DNA of 55,225 nucleotides, from positions 1 through 55,225 of IMG/VR virus record IMGVR_UViG_3300044675_002532; one strand, 5' to 3'. Positions 17,586 through 26,885 of this stretch are shown piece by piece. How positions within the stretch are numbered: position 1 is the stretch's first letter; each line of letters starts with the position of its first letter. A model generated the notes under the pieces. It was not told where the DNA came from. It did no database searches and worked only from the letters and a program-made list of their open reading frames with translations. The DNA is from a virus. Its lineage: Duplodnaviria; Caudoviricetes. The translations under genes were made by a program, and so were the position numbers.

Positions 17586-18253
17586 GCCGCTTTGTTTTCT
17601 TTCACGTTGGTGCGGACGTTACCTTCCCGACCAAGATGGTGGCATCGCTCAAGGCGGTGATGCCCGACGCCGAGGTCATCATGTGTACGGATGACGCCAC
17701 CCCCAAGGTCGAGGGCGTTGATGAGTACAAATACTCCAAAGGCGACCCGGCACAGATCATGTACTGGCGTACCCGCGCATTCGCAGAAGCTCGCATCACG
17801 CAGCCTGCTATGTACATTGACACCGACATGCTGTTCGTTCTACCGGTTAACCCGGCAGCGATACTGGGTGATAAGGAAGTCATCTTCTGTCGTCGCTCAT
17901 TTGATCGCGATGCCGGGTTCAACGGAGAGCAGCGCGGTGGAATCTTCAAGCAGTATCACAACATTCCGCTCGGCACGCTGTATCCGTATCTCGGCTGCGC
18001 GACGATCACCAAGAACTACCATGCGTGGAAAGGCATGGCGATTCTGATGGGATTTATGGATCAGAATCTGCGCTCGTGGTACGGGGATCAGGAGGCGCTC
18101 AAGGTGTACTCTCACATGCTTTACCCTGAACTCGTGGGTGAGATGGAGGAGAGCGAATATGCCTGTCTACCGGAGCGTGCTGTTGGGGGACACGTACCCA
18201 AGATTCTGCACTTCAAAGGACCGGCTCGGAAGGAGGCGTTCCTCAATGCTTAA
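17582..18253 (+). CDS. GT-A fold glycosyltransferase (GT8-like)
   Basis: YIDTDML DxD motif, YGDQEAL, ILHFKG. Confidence 0.75.
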   Translation: MSRFVFFHVGADVTFPTKMVASLKAVMPDAEVIMCTDDATPKVEGVDEYKYSKGDPAQIMYWRTRAFAEARITQPAMYIDTDMLFVLPVNPAAILGDKEVIFCRRSFDRDAGFNGEQRGGIFKQYHNIPLGTLYPYLGCATITKNYHAWKGMAILMGFMDQNLRSWYGDQEALKVYSHMLYPELVGEMEESEYACLPERAVGGHVPKILHFKGPARKEAFLNA

Positions 18254-18917
18254 AGTCTTCATCGGATGGGACAGCCGCGAAGAGGCAGCGTATGAGGTGT
18301 GCAAGAAGTCGCTTGAGCTTCACACTTCAGTCCCGCTCGACATCACCCCCATAAAGCAGAACGATTTGCGCGAGCAGGGTATTTATTGGCGTGGGGTCGA
18401 TACGCTCGCGTCTACGGAGTTCAGCCTCACGCGGTTTCTTACTCCACACCTCGCGGGGCACACCGGCTGGGCGGTCTTTGTAGACTGCGATTTTCTTTTC
18501 CGGGGGGACATCGCGACTCTGCTTGACTACGCCGATGGGGCAAAAGCGTGCTTCGTGGTACCGCACGATTACCGGCCTACCGAAACGGTCAAAATGAACA
18601 ACCAAGCGCAACACGTTTACCCCCGAAAGAACTGGTCTAGTTTCATGTTCCTGAACTGTGAGCATGAACAAGTTAAGAAGTTAACGCCAGAGATTGTGAA
18701 CATCGCGAGTCCGAGTTATCTTCACCGGTTCGAGTGGTTATCTGACGATGTGATCGGACACTTGCCGATTGCGTACAACTACCTCGAAGGTTGGTACACC
18801 AAGAACGACTGCCCCAATCCGATAGCAGTACACATGACCCGAGGGGGTCCGTGGTTTCAGGATTGGACTCATGTGGAGTACGGCAAGGAATGGATGGCCG
18901 TGGCATCGACGCTATGA
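18246..18917 (+). CDS. GT-A fold glycosyltransferase
   Basis: KVFIGWDSRE, STEFSLTRF, FVDCDFL DxD motif, RKNWSS, VHMTRGGPW. Confidence 0.85.
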   Translation: MLKVFIGWDSREEAAYEVCKKSLELHTSVPLDITPIKQNDLREQGIYWRGVDTLASTEFSLTRFLTPHLAGHTGWAVFVDCDFLFRGDIATLLDYADGAKACFVVPHDYRPTETVKMNNQAQHVYPRKNWSSFMFLNCEHEQVKKLTPEIVNIASPSYLHRFEWLSDDVIGHLPIAYNYLEGWYTKNDCPNPIAVHMTRGGPWFQDWTHVEYGKEWMAVASTL

Positions 18918-20293
18918 ACAAGTACCAAAAGACAATTCAGAAAATTGAAACCGCGTTTCAGGCTGCGAAATATGCCGAGGCGATGGATCTCTGCAACTAC
19001 GCGATCAGCCTATTCCCAAAGGACATCGTAGCGTACCGGGCGAAGGCTCGACTGTTACAGATTCAGCGGGACTTTGCGGGAGCGGAGAAATACTACGATG
19101 CCTCCGAAAAGCGCGGCAAGCTGACGGCAGATGATCTTGTTAACCGTGGCATCGTGAAGAGTGAGCAGCAGAAGTATGACGCTGGCATCGAAGACTTCAC
19201 GGCTGCGCTTAAGATCAAGCCGGATTATCTCCATGCTTACATCCAGCGAGGCGCAGCCAGTTGGGAGATGCGACGGTGGGGTGAGGCGCTTGAGAACTTC
19301 CGCAAAGCAAACGAGATTGAACCCAACGACGCCAACGCGCAGTGGATTCTCGGGCTACTACTGCTACAACAGAACGAGTTCAAAGAAGGCTGGCCGTTGT
19401 ATGAAACGCGCTGGCGGAGCGACCGGTTCAAGAGCCGCCGTCTCGTAACCCAGAAGCCGCAATGGAGTTTGGAGTCCAAAGCCAAGTCTGTGTTGGTGTG
19501 GGGCGAGCAGGGCATCGGTGATCAGATCATCTATGGCTCTCTGTTACCCGCTATCCGGCAGCGAACCGATAAGGTCACCGCGATGGTTGACCCGCGCTTG
19601 ATCAAGATCTTCAAGACTTCGATGCCGGACATTGACTTCATCGCCAACAGCGATCAGGTACCGGCTGCGCTGCACGAGGAGCAGATTCCGTTCGCGAGTG
19701 TGGGTTGGTCGTTCATCAACGAGAAGGACGACATCCAGAAGTACGCAGCGCGGAACTTCTTGCAGGCTGACCCGGAGTTGGTGAAGAAGTACCGCGAGGA
19801 AGCAGGACTCGACCCGAACAAGCTGACGGTGGGTCTATCGTGGGTGAGCGCAGCCATCAAGATCGGACCTCACAAGAGCGTCAACCTTGAGCAGCTCCTG
19901 CCGATCATGAAGCAGGATGTGAATTTAGTGAACCTGCAATACGGCAGCGACAGGAAGGCGGTCGATTACTTTAATCAACAGCACGGTACGAACATCGTCA
20001 CAACCTCGGTGGATCTATATAAAGACATAGACGGTCTCGCTGCGCTGTGTCAGATGTGCGATGTGATCGTAGCCATTAGTAGCTCGACCGTGCATCTGGC
20101 CGGGGCGCTGGGACGACCGGTGCTGTTGATGGATGCGAACAAGCTCTGGTACTGGGGTAACAAAGATGGCGACCGAAGCCTGTGGTATCCCAGCATCCGC
20201 ATCTTCCCGAGGGACAACATGATTGCACCTTGGGATAACGTCATCGAACAAGTCACCAAAGCGGTGGAGGGAATGATCCATGACAATAGATAG
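18914..20293 (+). CDS. TPR-repeat protein with C-terminal GT-B (GT9-like) domain
   Basis: N-terminal TPRs; EGWPLYETRW, VWGEQGIGDQI, VNLQYG, SSTVHLAGALG, SLWYPSIRIF. Confidence 0.85.
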   Translation: MNKYQKTIQKIETAFQAAKYAEAMDLCNYAISLFPKDIVAYRAKARLLQIQRDFAGAEKYYDASEKRGKLTADDLVNRGIVKSEQQKYDAGIEDFTAALKIKPDYLHAYIQRGAASWEMRRWGEALENFRKANEIEPNDANAQWILGLLLLQQNEFKEGWPLYETRWRSDRFKSRRLVTQKPQWSLESKAKSVLVWGEQGIGDQIIYGSLLPAIRQRTDKVTAMVDPRLIKIFKTSMPDIDFIANSDQVPAALHEEQIPFASVGWSFINEKDDIQKYAARNFLQADPELVKKYREEAGLDPNKLTVGLSWVSAAIKIGPHKSVNLEQLLPIMKQDVNLVNLQYGSDRKAVDYFNQQHGTNIVTTSVDLYKDIDGLAALCQMCDVIVAISSSTVHLAGALGRPVLLMDANKLWYWGNKDGDRSLWYPSIRIFPRDNMIAPWDNVIEQVTKAVEGMIHDNR

Positions 20294-20489
20294 AGAATCC
20301 CCGCCCGGAGCATGGGCAGAAGAACTACGAGCCGCGCCATGGGGTTACGGTCAAACCCAAGCCAAGAAGGTTGAGGTTGCTTTGAACAACGTCCACAAGG
20401 CAGGGCTTTGGGATGAGTACAAAGTGATCCAGATGGAACTGAATATCTTGAAGACTGAGTTGGAGTTATTACGAAATGCAAGGGGATAA
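20280..20489 (+). CDS. Hypothetical protein
   Basis: GGAGG RBS. Confidence 0.65.
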   Translation: MTIDRESPPGAWAEELRAAPWGYGQTQAKKVEVALNNVHKAGLWDEYKVIQMELNILKTELELLRNARG

Positions 20490-20661
20490 AGATGCAATCC
20501 GAGAATACTTGGCGTCTATCGGAAGCCGAGGTGGAAGCGCTGCTACGGGAGCAAAGAAGCGACGACCTAAGGCGCACTACCAACGCATGGCCAAGCTCAG
20601 TCATGCCAAGCGAAAGGCCAAGCGAAAAGGGAAGCTCAATGAGCGATCCGATCAATCCTAA
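20476..20661 (+). CDS. Small basic protein
   Basis: EYLASIGSRGG motif, highly basic. Confidence 0.6.
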   Translation: MQGDKDAIREYLASIGSRGGSAATGAKKRRPKAHYQRMAKLSHAKRKAKRKGKLNERSDQS

Positions 20662-20857
20662 TCACTACAAGAAGGGTGAGATAGAGGCGATCGACGCCAT
20701 CAAGTCAGCCCTGACTGAGGACGAGTGGCGAGGCTTTCTGAAGGGCACCGCCATTGCCTACCTCTGGAGGCTCGGTCATAAGGATGCCGTGGAACAGGAC
20801 GCCCGGAAGACCCTCTGGTACGTCTCATGGCTTGCGGGGAAAGATCCGAGGGGATAA
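20639..20857 (+). CDS. DUF3310 (SaV/T7 gp1.7-like) protein
   Basis: DPINPNHY..GEIEAID..GFLKG..YLWRLGHK..QDARK..WY. Confidence 0.85.
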   Translation: MSDPINPNHYKKGEIEAIDAIKSALTEDEWRGFLKGTAIAYLWRLGHKDAVEQDARKTLWYVSWLAGKDPRG

Positions 20858-20887
20858 ACTCCCCTCGTGCTATCTCCTAGAGACTTG

Positions 20888-20927
20888 GCCCCGGTGTTGA
20901 AGCTTTGCTCCGCCGGGGCATTTTTTT
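20888..20927 (+). terminator. Terminator at the convergence of the early and primase operons
   Basis: GCCCCGG...CCGGGGC stem followed by a T run. Confidence 0.65.
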
Positions 20928-23184
20928 ATCTGTAGCGCACCCGGTAGACACGACGCTCGCGCCCCGCACCGGGGTTCTTAACGACCTCTTCCAGCACATC
21001 GCCGGACTCAACGAGCGTCTGTAGGATCTCGTTACGATCGCGAGCCTTCATGCCCTGACAGGCTTTCGCAAGCTGAGTGCCGTTCATACCCTCGGCACCG
21101 GACTTGCGAATCAGGTTCAGGATCTTCTTGTGAGCCGCTTCAATATCGTTCTCAGCGACTTCGCGATACAGCAGGTCTGCCGTGTAATTGAATGACCACT
21201 TCACAAGGTCATGCGACATCTCAAAGATCTCGCCAGTCAGGACGGGCACACAGGGATCGATTGCGATTGCTTCAATCATGCCGACCTTCAGCACGATTTC
21301 GGAGAAGCGCACCCACAAGGCATCGTCGCCTCGGGACTGCTGAATCTGCCAATCCTTAATCTGGCTGTATCGCTCGAAGGCGGTCCCTTCCCACTCAACG
21401 ATGACCGGAGCCACGGTCGAGTTGGGGATCGACTGGATGTTAGTCAGGTTCCCAGCACCGTGCGGGATGACCGACACCGAGTCCAGCATATCCTTAACGA
21501 TGTCATCTGGCGGAGGCTGAAGCTCTGGGATCTGCGAGTTGGGATATTCCTCGAACGGCGGAACCAGCAGAATGCGACTTAGCGTACCGTTATCGACCAT
21601 GTCAAAGTTCAGCGCCGGAATCAGCGTTCTCGGGGTCGTAGTACCGAAGAAGTTGAAGTTGGGCTGATTGATGTCGTACCGCTGGCGATCGCGAGAGTCA
21701 GCGTACTCCTGACCGTGGTAGATACCGCTGCTCGACGAATACACTTCTAGCAGGGTCTTGATGATGTCGCGCTGATGTCCCGCTGCATTCTTCGCGGTCA
21801 AGCTCTGAAGGTACAAGCCCATCTCGTCAAGGTGAGATATGCGCGACGGGTAATCAAAAAGCGTGCGCAGGATGGCAACGCCAGAACTGAAGCGATCACC
21901 GCAGATGACCTGATTCAGGCCAGCCTTCATCAAGAGTTCTTTGATACGCTGACGGCTGTGATCTTTACCGGCACCGGGCTTCGCGACAGCGATCGCGAAC
22001 AGATTGCAACGGGTGTTGATCTGCGACATTGCATACCGACGCCCGAAGAGCGCACCGAACATGCAGAGCGTATTCATCAGCGCGAAGGTCGGCTGGGGCT
22101 GCTGTGCTGTAGAGTTAATCCAGCGAGTCACGCGCCCGACCAGAGACTGGCTCTGGAACCATTGGTGCGGGAAGTTCTCGCGGGTACTCTTAACAATGTC
22201 CTTTTTGTTTTGTTTGATGGAGCTTAAATCCACCTCAACGGCACGAGCCTTCTGCGGATTCAGACTAAGCGATACAGGCGGAACCCAGCCGTTTTGCTGC
22301 GCATGAAAGTAGAGCGAACCAGCGCCGATCTTGGTGGGCGGAGACTTGCTGTAATGATCCCAACGCTGCCGGGTTTCAATCTGGTTGTACTTGCCAGAAG
22401 CCTGCGACCACTGATCGAATATGTAGAAACCCTTCGCCTCGGTCGCGCAGTAGATCGCCATACCGATGCGGTTCCAGTCATCCCACGACAGGTCCGGATT
22501 CGGGACGTAGCGCAGGGCATCCTCAACGGCAGCGTAAGTACCAACCAGACCCTCGTAGGACGACTTCGCATCCTTGTCGGGTACGAAGACTTGACCTTTC
22601 GGGCTGAGCGATCGCTTCCGCAGGGGCGGCGGTAATGCTTTATAAGCCTCCTCCGCAGCCTCCAGCACCTGCTCACGGGTCACGAGCGGGAGCCGCTCTA
22701 ATGGGATCTCGTGCGGAGCCTCGAAGGGCCACTCGTAGGGCTTGCTGGTATCCGGGTGTATTGCGTAGGCGACGAACTGCTGGCCCTGCCCGAGCACTTC
22801 GATCGGATGCAGCGAGATCTTGCTGAACGGCTCCAGCGTGCGGTACAGGTAGAGCGCCTTCGGAGACTTGCCGATACGGATCAGGTCCGTCTGGCCGAGC
22901 TTCTTCTGGAAGACGTTACCGACTTCAATGGCTACCTGCTGGTCAAGCACATCGATATCGATCGCGACTACCTCACCCGCTAGGATGCCGATGCCGCAAC
23001 CGGGCCATTTTGACCAGATATCAACGTGGAAGTTCTGAGCGGTGACTTCGGTCCAGCGAGCAAGATCGCCCCACCTTTCACCGTCATAACGACCGGGACG
23101 CTTAGTACCCGGCATGATGGGAATGATGCGATAGCCCGCGTCAACGAGCTTCGCACCATACTGTTCCATGAAATTTTCAGACAT
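20926..23184 (-). CDS. Bifunctional primase-polymerase/PriCT-2/helicase (DUF3987-like)
   Basis: N-terminal Prim-Pol (VAIDID, QFVAYAIHPDT), PriCT-2 (WDDWNRIGMA..FDQWS..KY), Walker A AKPGAGKD, LDEMG. Confidence 0.85.
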   Translation of the reverse strand: MSENFMEQYGAKLVDAGYRIIPIMPGTKRPGRYDGERWGDLARWTEVTAQNFHVDIWSKWPGCGIGILAGEVVAIDIDVLDQQVAIEVGNVFQKKLGQTDLIRIGKSPKALYLYRTLEPFSKISLHPIEVLGQGQQFVAYAIHPDTSKPYEWPFEAPHEIPLERLPLVTREQVLEAAEEAYKALPPPLRKRSLSPKGQVFVPDKDAKSSYEGLVGTYAAVEDALRYVPNPDLSWDDWNRIGMAIYCATEAKGFYIFDQWSQASGKYNQIETRQRWDHYSKSPPTKIGAGSLYFHAQQNGWVPPVSLSLNPQKARAVEVDLSSIKQNKKDIVKSTRENFPHQWFQSQSLVGRVTRWINSTAQQPQPTFALMNTLCMFGALFGRRYAMSQINTRCNLFAIAVAKPGAGKDHSRQRIKELLMKAGLNQVICGDRFSSGVAILRTLFDYPSRISHLDEMGLYLQSLTAKNAAGHQRDIIKTLLEVYSSSSGIYHGQEYADSRDRQRYDINQPNFNFFGTTTPRTLIPALNFDMVDNGTLSRILLVPPFEEYPNSQIPELQPPPDDIVKDMLDSVSVIPHGAGNLTNIQSIPNSTVAPVIVEWEGTAFERYSQIKDWQIQQSRGDDALWVRFSEIVLKVGMIEAIAIDPCVPVLTGEIFEMSHDLVKWSFNYTADLLYREVAENDIEAAHKKILNLIRKSGAEGMNGTQLAKACQGMKARDRNEILQTLVESGDVLEEVVKNPGAGRERRVYRVRYR

Positions 23185-23551
23185 TTTCTATTTGAACCTC
23201 TACTCGCTCCTCGCCGTATTCCTTTGAGGCAACGAGCTGTGCTACCGATGCATCATCCGCAAAGACGACGCCATTCAGGCCGTCCAAAATGGCCTTGACG
23301 ATGTTGTCAATATCGGGACGCGATACATGCCATCCCGTCTTTTTCTTGTGGGAAAAGTAAGCCTTAATCGTAACCTTCACAGGACCTGCGAACATGTCCT
23401 TACCGATCATCGCGACCTGAGCCAAAGACTTGATGTTCTGCTCGTAAATCTGCGTTTCTCTCGGTGTAAACGTCACGACCTTCCCGCCGCGACGGCTAAA
23501 TCTGGGACGAGCCTTGCCTGTCGGCTTCCCATAGATGACTAAATCGATCAT
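23177..23551 (-). CDS. rusA: RusA-like Holliday junction resolvase
   Basis: GKARPRF, RPDIDNIVKAILDGLNGVVFADD. Confidence 0.9.
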   Translation of the reverse strand: MIDLVIYGKPTGKARPRFSRRGGKVVTFTPRETQIYEQNIKSLAQVAMIGKDMFAGPVKVTIKAYFSHKKKTGWHVSRPDIDNIVKAILDGLNGVVFADDASVAQLVASKEYGEERVEVQIENV

Positions 23552-23919
23552 TTCAACCCCGCTACTTTGTATATACGTTCAACAATGTTTGACGGCGTAT
23601 CTGCTTGGCCCCTCACAAAACGAGCCAAAGTATTGCGATGAATGCGTATCTTTTTCGCCGCAGCAGATAGCGTAAGCCCCTGTTTCCGAAGGCTTAAATA
23701 GATTCGTTCTCCTTCGGTCAAACGACTTTCGATCGCTATATTGACTTGACCCTTGGTCTTGCGCTCAATAACCTTCAGCCACTTAGGTGATGGCGCTCTG
23801 GAACCGCTGGCCCACCGGGTCACGGCAGCGCGAGTACAGCCGCACATAAGCGCAAACTCTTCATGTGTCAAGCAGTTCTCTTCCAGCCACTCCGAAAGAG
23901 ATAAAATTCGTGTTTCCAT
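23548..23919 (-). CDS. Cro-like regulator with two tandem HTH domains
   Basis: LTHEEFALMCGCTRAAVTRWASG and LTLSAAAKKIRIHRNTLARF. Confidence 0.75.
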   Translation of the reverse strand: METRILSLSEWLEENCLTHEEFALMCGCTRAAVTRWASGSRAPSPKWLKVIERKTKGQVNIAIESRLTEGERIYLSLRKQGLTLSAAAKKIRIHRNTLARFVRGQADTPSNIVERIYKVAGLK

Positions 23920-23926
23920 GGTGACA

Positions 23927-23967
23927 TCATGCCACCCCTTGCAATCCGTCACAAGGGGGTGTAGCAT
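23927..23967. promoter_or_regulatory. Overlapping divergent promoters
   Basis: Plus strand TTGCAA-17 bp-TAGCAT; minus strand TTGTGA...CATGAT; inverted repeat CCCCTTG...CAAGGGG. Confidence 0.6.
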
Positions 23968-24008
23968 CTCTCTCCGTCGAGAACACAAACACTAAACGAG
24001 GAACGAAA

Positions 24009-24392
24009 ATGCGTAACGAAGTTGAGATTGCAAACGAGCTGTTCGAGGCCAAGCTGGCTGAGAAGGAAGCTAACGAGCGCCGCGTAGCCTTAGAAGAAGA
24101 ACTCATCGCACTAGTTGGTGCGCGTGAAGAAGGCTCGCAGACTCACGAGATCGGTGACTACAAGATCACCATCACCGGCAAGCTGAATCGCAAGATCGAT
24201 TGGGATCTGTTCGATCAGTCGATTGCAGCAAAAATCCCGCAGGACCTTCAGCCCGTGAAGATCAAGCGCGAGCTTGACGACACTGGCGTGAAATACCTCG
24301 CCAACAACGAGCCGCAAATTTACAAGCTGCTCGCCAAGGCGTTAACCATCAAACCCGCCAAAACAGCGGTAACCATCGTAAAAGGAGCTTAA
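24009..24392 (+). CDS. Conserved recombination-module protein
   Basis: GAGGA RBS; first gene of the AAA/SSB/exonuclease/helicase operon. Confidence 0.75.
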   Translation: MRNEVEIANELFEAKLAEKEANERRVALEEELIALVGAREEGSQTHEIGDYKITITGKLNRKIDWDLFDQSIAAKIPQDLQPVKIKRELDDTGVKYLANNEPQIYKLLAKALTIKPAKTAVTIVKGA

Positions 24393-24398
24393 TAGCAC

Positions 24399-25163
24399 AT
24401 GGCTATTTCACTTAGCAGTCTGAGAAAAACAGGGGTGGCTCGCCCGCCCCGGATCGTGCTCTACGGAACCCACGGCATCGGTAAGTCCACCTTTGCCGCG
24501 CAGGCTCCGAACCCGGTCTTCATTCAAACCGAAGAGGGCCTCGACGCCATCAACGTGACGGCATTCCCGCTGTGCCAGTCTTACGAGGACATCATGGAAG
24601 CTATCGGCTCGCTGGCCGAAGAGAACCATGACTTCTCAACGGTCGTGATCGACAGCGCCGACTGGGCCGAGCAGCTCGTTCACAAGCGAGTCGCGAAGGA
24701 CAACAACGTCGCCACGATCGACGCCATTGGCTACGGTCGCGGATACAAAGCCGCAGCCGACTACTGGAAGCAGATTCTGGAAGGGTTGGACCACTTGCGC
24801 TCTGCAAAGAACATGCAGGTGGTTCTGCTCGCGCACACGCAGGTCAAGCGTTTTGATGACCCGCTGGCTGATCCGTATGACCGCTATCAGTTGGATCTGC
24901 ATCACGGCAGCGCCAGCCTGATTAGCGAGTGGTGCGACATCCTGATGTTCGCGAACCAGCAGTACAGCACCGTGAAGAGTGACGTTGGCTTTAACCAAAA
25001 GATCACTCGCGCTGTGGGTAACGGTAACCGCGTGCTGTACACGCAGGAGCGACCGGGCTGGCAGGCGAAGTCTCGCTGGCCTCTGCCGGACCAACTGCCC
25101 CTTGATTACGCCAAGTTTGCAGAAGCACTTGGCACTTCTATGAACGCTGTAATTGGAGAGTAA
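24399..25163 (+). CDS. AAA_24 / Sak4-like ATPase
   Basis: LYGTHGIGKSTFA, TVVIDS, GYGRGY, LLAH. Confidence 0.9.
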   Translation: MAISLSSLRKTGVARPPRIVLYGTHGIGKSTFAAQAPNPVFIQTEEGLDAINVTAFPLCQSYEDIMEAIGSLAEENHDFSTVVIDSADWAEQLVHKRVAKDNNVATIDAIGYGRGYKAAADYWKQILEGLDHLRSAKNMQVVLLAHTQVKRFDDPLADPYDRYQLDLHHGSASLISEWCDILMFANQQYSTVKSDVGFNQKITRAVGNGNRVLYTQERPGWQAKSRWPLPDQLPLDYAKFAEALGTSMNAVIGE

Positions 25164-25168
25164 ATAAA

Positions 25169-25663
25169 ATGGCTAAGCTTGATCTTAATCCCGCTGACTT
25201 TCAGAACATTGAGCAACCTGTTTCGGAACTCCTGCCTGTTGGTGATTACGTCATGCAGATTATTAAATCTGAGCGTCGTGATACCAAGTCGGGTACCGGC
25301 TGGTACTTGCAGTTGGAGTTCGACGTTCTGAGTGGTCCATGCCAACCGGGGCGCAAGTTCTGGGATCGCCTGAATCTCAAGAACGTCAGTGAGCAGGCGC
25401 AGCAGATTGCTCAGCGCCAGTTCCACGCACTTTACACCGCCATGGGCTACGACTTCCCGCCGAGCGAATCGGACGATCTACACTTCAAGCCTGTTCGCGT
25501 TGTGATCAAACATAAAGAAAATAAGCAGGGTGCTTTGGAAGCTCAGGTCAAATACTTCCCTGTTGGTGGAACGGCTCCTCAGCGCGTAGCCGCCGCCGCT
25601 CCGGCCCCGGCAGCAGCACCTACGGGCGCTGCACCGAAGCCTTGGGAACGTCATAAGAAGTAA
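25169..25663 (+). CDS. ssDNA-binding protein (DUF669-like)
   Basis: LPVGDY, GRKFWDRLNL, Ala/Pro-rich tail ending KPW. Confidence 0.8.
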   Translation: MAKLDLNPADFQNIEQPVSELLPVGDYVMQIIKSERRDTKSGTGWYLQLEFDVLSGPCQPGRKFWDRLNLKNVSEQAQQIAQRQFHALYTAMGYDFPPSESDDLHFKPVRVVIKHKENKQGALEAQVKYFPVGGTAPQRVAAAAPAPAAAPTGAAPKPWERHKK

Positions 25664-25668
25664 ATAAA

Positions 25669-25731
25669 GAGGCGCGGCATCCGGGGGCATATACCTCTGC
25701 CTTACCCCACTACTACCGGGTGTCGCGCCTC
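25669..25731 (+). other. 16-bp intergenic stem with large loop
   Basis: GAGGCGCGGCATCCGG pairs with CCGGGTGTCGCGCCTC. Confidence 0.6.
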
Positions 25732-25746
25732 CCTCTTGGAGGGGCC

Positions 25747-26697
25747 ATGGCTAACATTTCAGACTATCAAGACTTGACGCTTCGGGCGGTTAACGCCGCC
25801 ATGGAAGCCGAGCAAGAAAATCGCCCTAGGGGGTACCTTGGGGCTTCCGCAGTGGGTGATGTATGCGATCGCAAACTGTGGTTAAATTTCCGCTGGGTCA
25901 AGCGAGGGTTTATCGAAGCCGCTGGGCTACGTCGAATTAACGATGGGCACCGGGGTGAACAGGTAGTTGCAGACCTACTCCGCAAGGTAGCGGGGCTAGA
26001 TCTTTCCACGGAAAAGGAACCCGGTGTTCAGCACTCCTTTGAGGCGCTGGGCGGACACTTTCGCGGTAACTGCGACGGGTTACTGACGGGCTTGATTCAA
26101 GACCCAGACACGCTCTACGTCTGGGAATGCAAAGTCACTAACGACACCAAGTACAAGAAGCTGGTGTCTCTCAAAGCCAAGAGCGAAGCCGAAGCATTGA
26201 AGAGCTGGGACTACGTGTACTACGCGCAGGCTCAGATCTATATGCATTACTTCGGTGCTACGAAGCATTACTTAACCGCAGCCTCTGCTGGCGTGCGCGA
26301 CATCACTAGTGTTGTCACTGAGTACAACAAAGACGATGCCGAGAAGTTTATTGAGAAAGCCAACCGAGTGATCTTTGCTAGCAGACCCGCTGGCAAGATC
26401 TCCAACAACCCGGCATGGCACGAGTGCAAGTACTGCACCTTCCATAGCATGTGTCACGAGCAGGACATGCCAAGGCAGAAGTCTTGCAGGACCTGCCTGC
26501 ACAGCACGCCGCTCAAGACGGGCGGATGGAAGTGCGAGTTGCACAATAACGGCATCAATCTAGAAGCTCAGATAAAGGGCTGCGAACATCATCTTTTCGT
26601 ACCAGACTTGATACCCGGAGAGCAGATAAACTCAGGACCGAACTGGGTTGAATACAAACTGGGGGACGGGTCTGTATGGATCGACCAATCGAAGTAG
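25747..26697 (+). CDS. Cas4-like PD-(D/E)XK exonuclease
   Basis: GASAVGDVC, GNCDG, WECK, QAQIYM, CKYC..MC, extra CRTC. Confidence 0.85.
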   Translation: MANISDYQDLTLRAVNAAMEAEQENRPRGYLGASAVGDVCDRKLWLNFRWVKRGFIEAAGLRRINDGHRGEQVVADLLRKVAGLDLSTEKEPGVQHSFEALGGHFRGNCDGLLTGLIQDPDTLYVWECKVTNDTKYKKLVSLKAKSEAEALKSWDYVYYAQAQIYMHYFGATKHYLTAASAGVRDITSVVTEYNKDDAEKFIEKANRVIFASRPAGKISNNPAWHECKYCTFHSMCHEQDMPRQKSCRTCLHSTPLKTGGWKCELHNNGINLEAQIKGCEHHLFVPDLIPGEQINSGPNWVEYKLGDGSVWIDQSK

Positions 26698-26885
26698 ACG
26701 ATGAAGAGATAGAAGTAGACGCAACGATGCTGCTGACCGCTGACGATCTGGACATCGTTATGAAGGCTCTGGATTGTTACGCCTACGCTCTCATCATGGC
26801 ACAAGCAGTCGGTGAACTAGAACGAGTGAAACAAGTGGCAATGGCGATTGTTCAGTCATGCCCGAAACCGGAGCTGGATTCGTGA
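26676..26885 (+). CDS. Hypothetical protein
   Basis: Small ORF coupled to the helicase start. Confidence 0.6.
   Translation: MDRPIEVDDEEIEVDATMLLTADDLDIVMKALDCYAYALIMAQAVGELERVKQVAMAIVQSCPKPELDS

Noticed and set aside
25747-26697. Cas4-like nuclease as a sign of CRISPR-Cas
   Set aside because: No repeat-spacer array or other cas genes are visible; the Sak4/SSB/helicase context is a standard phage recombination module.
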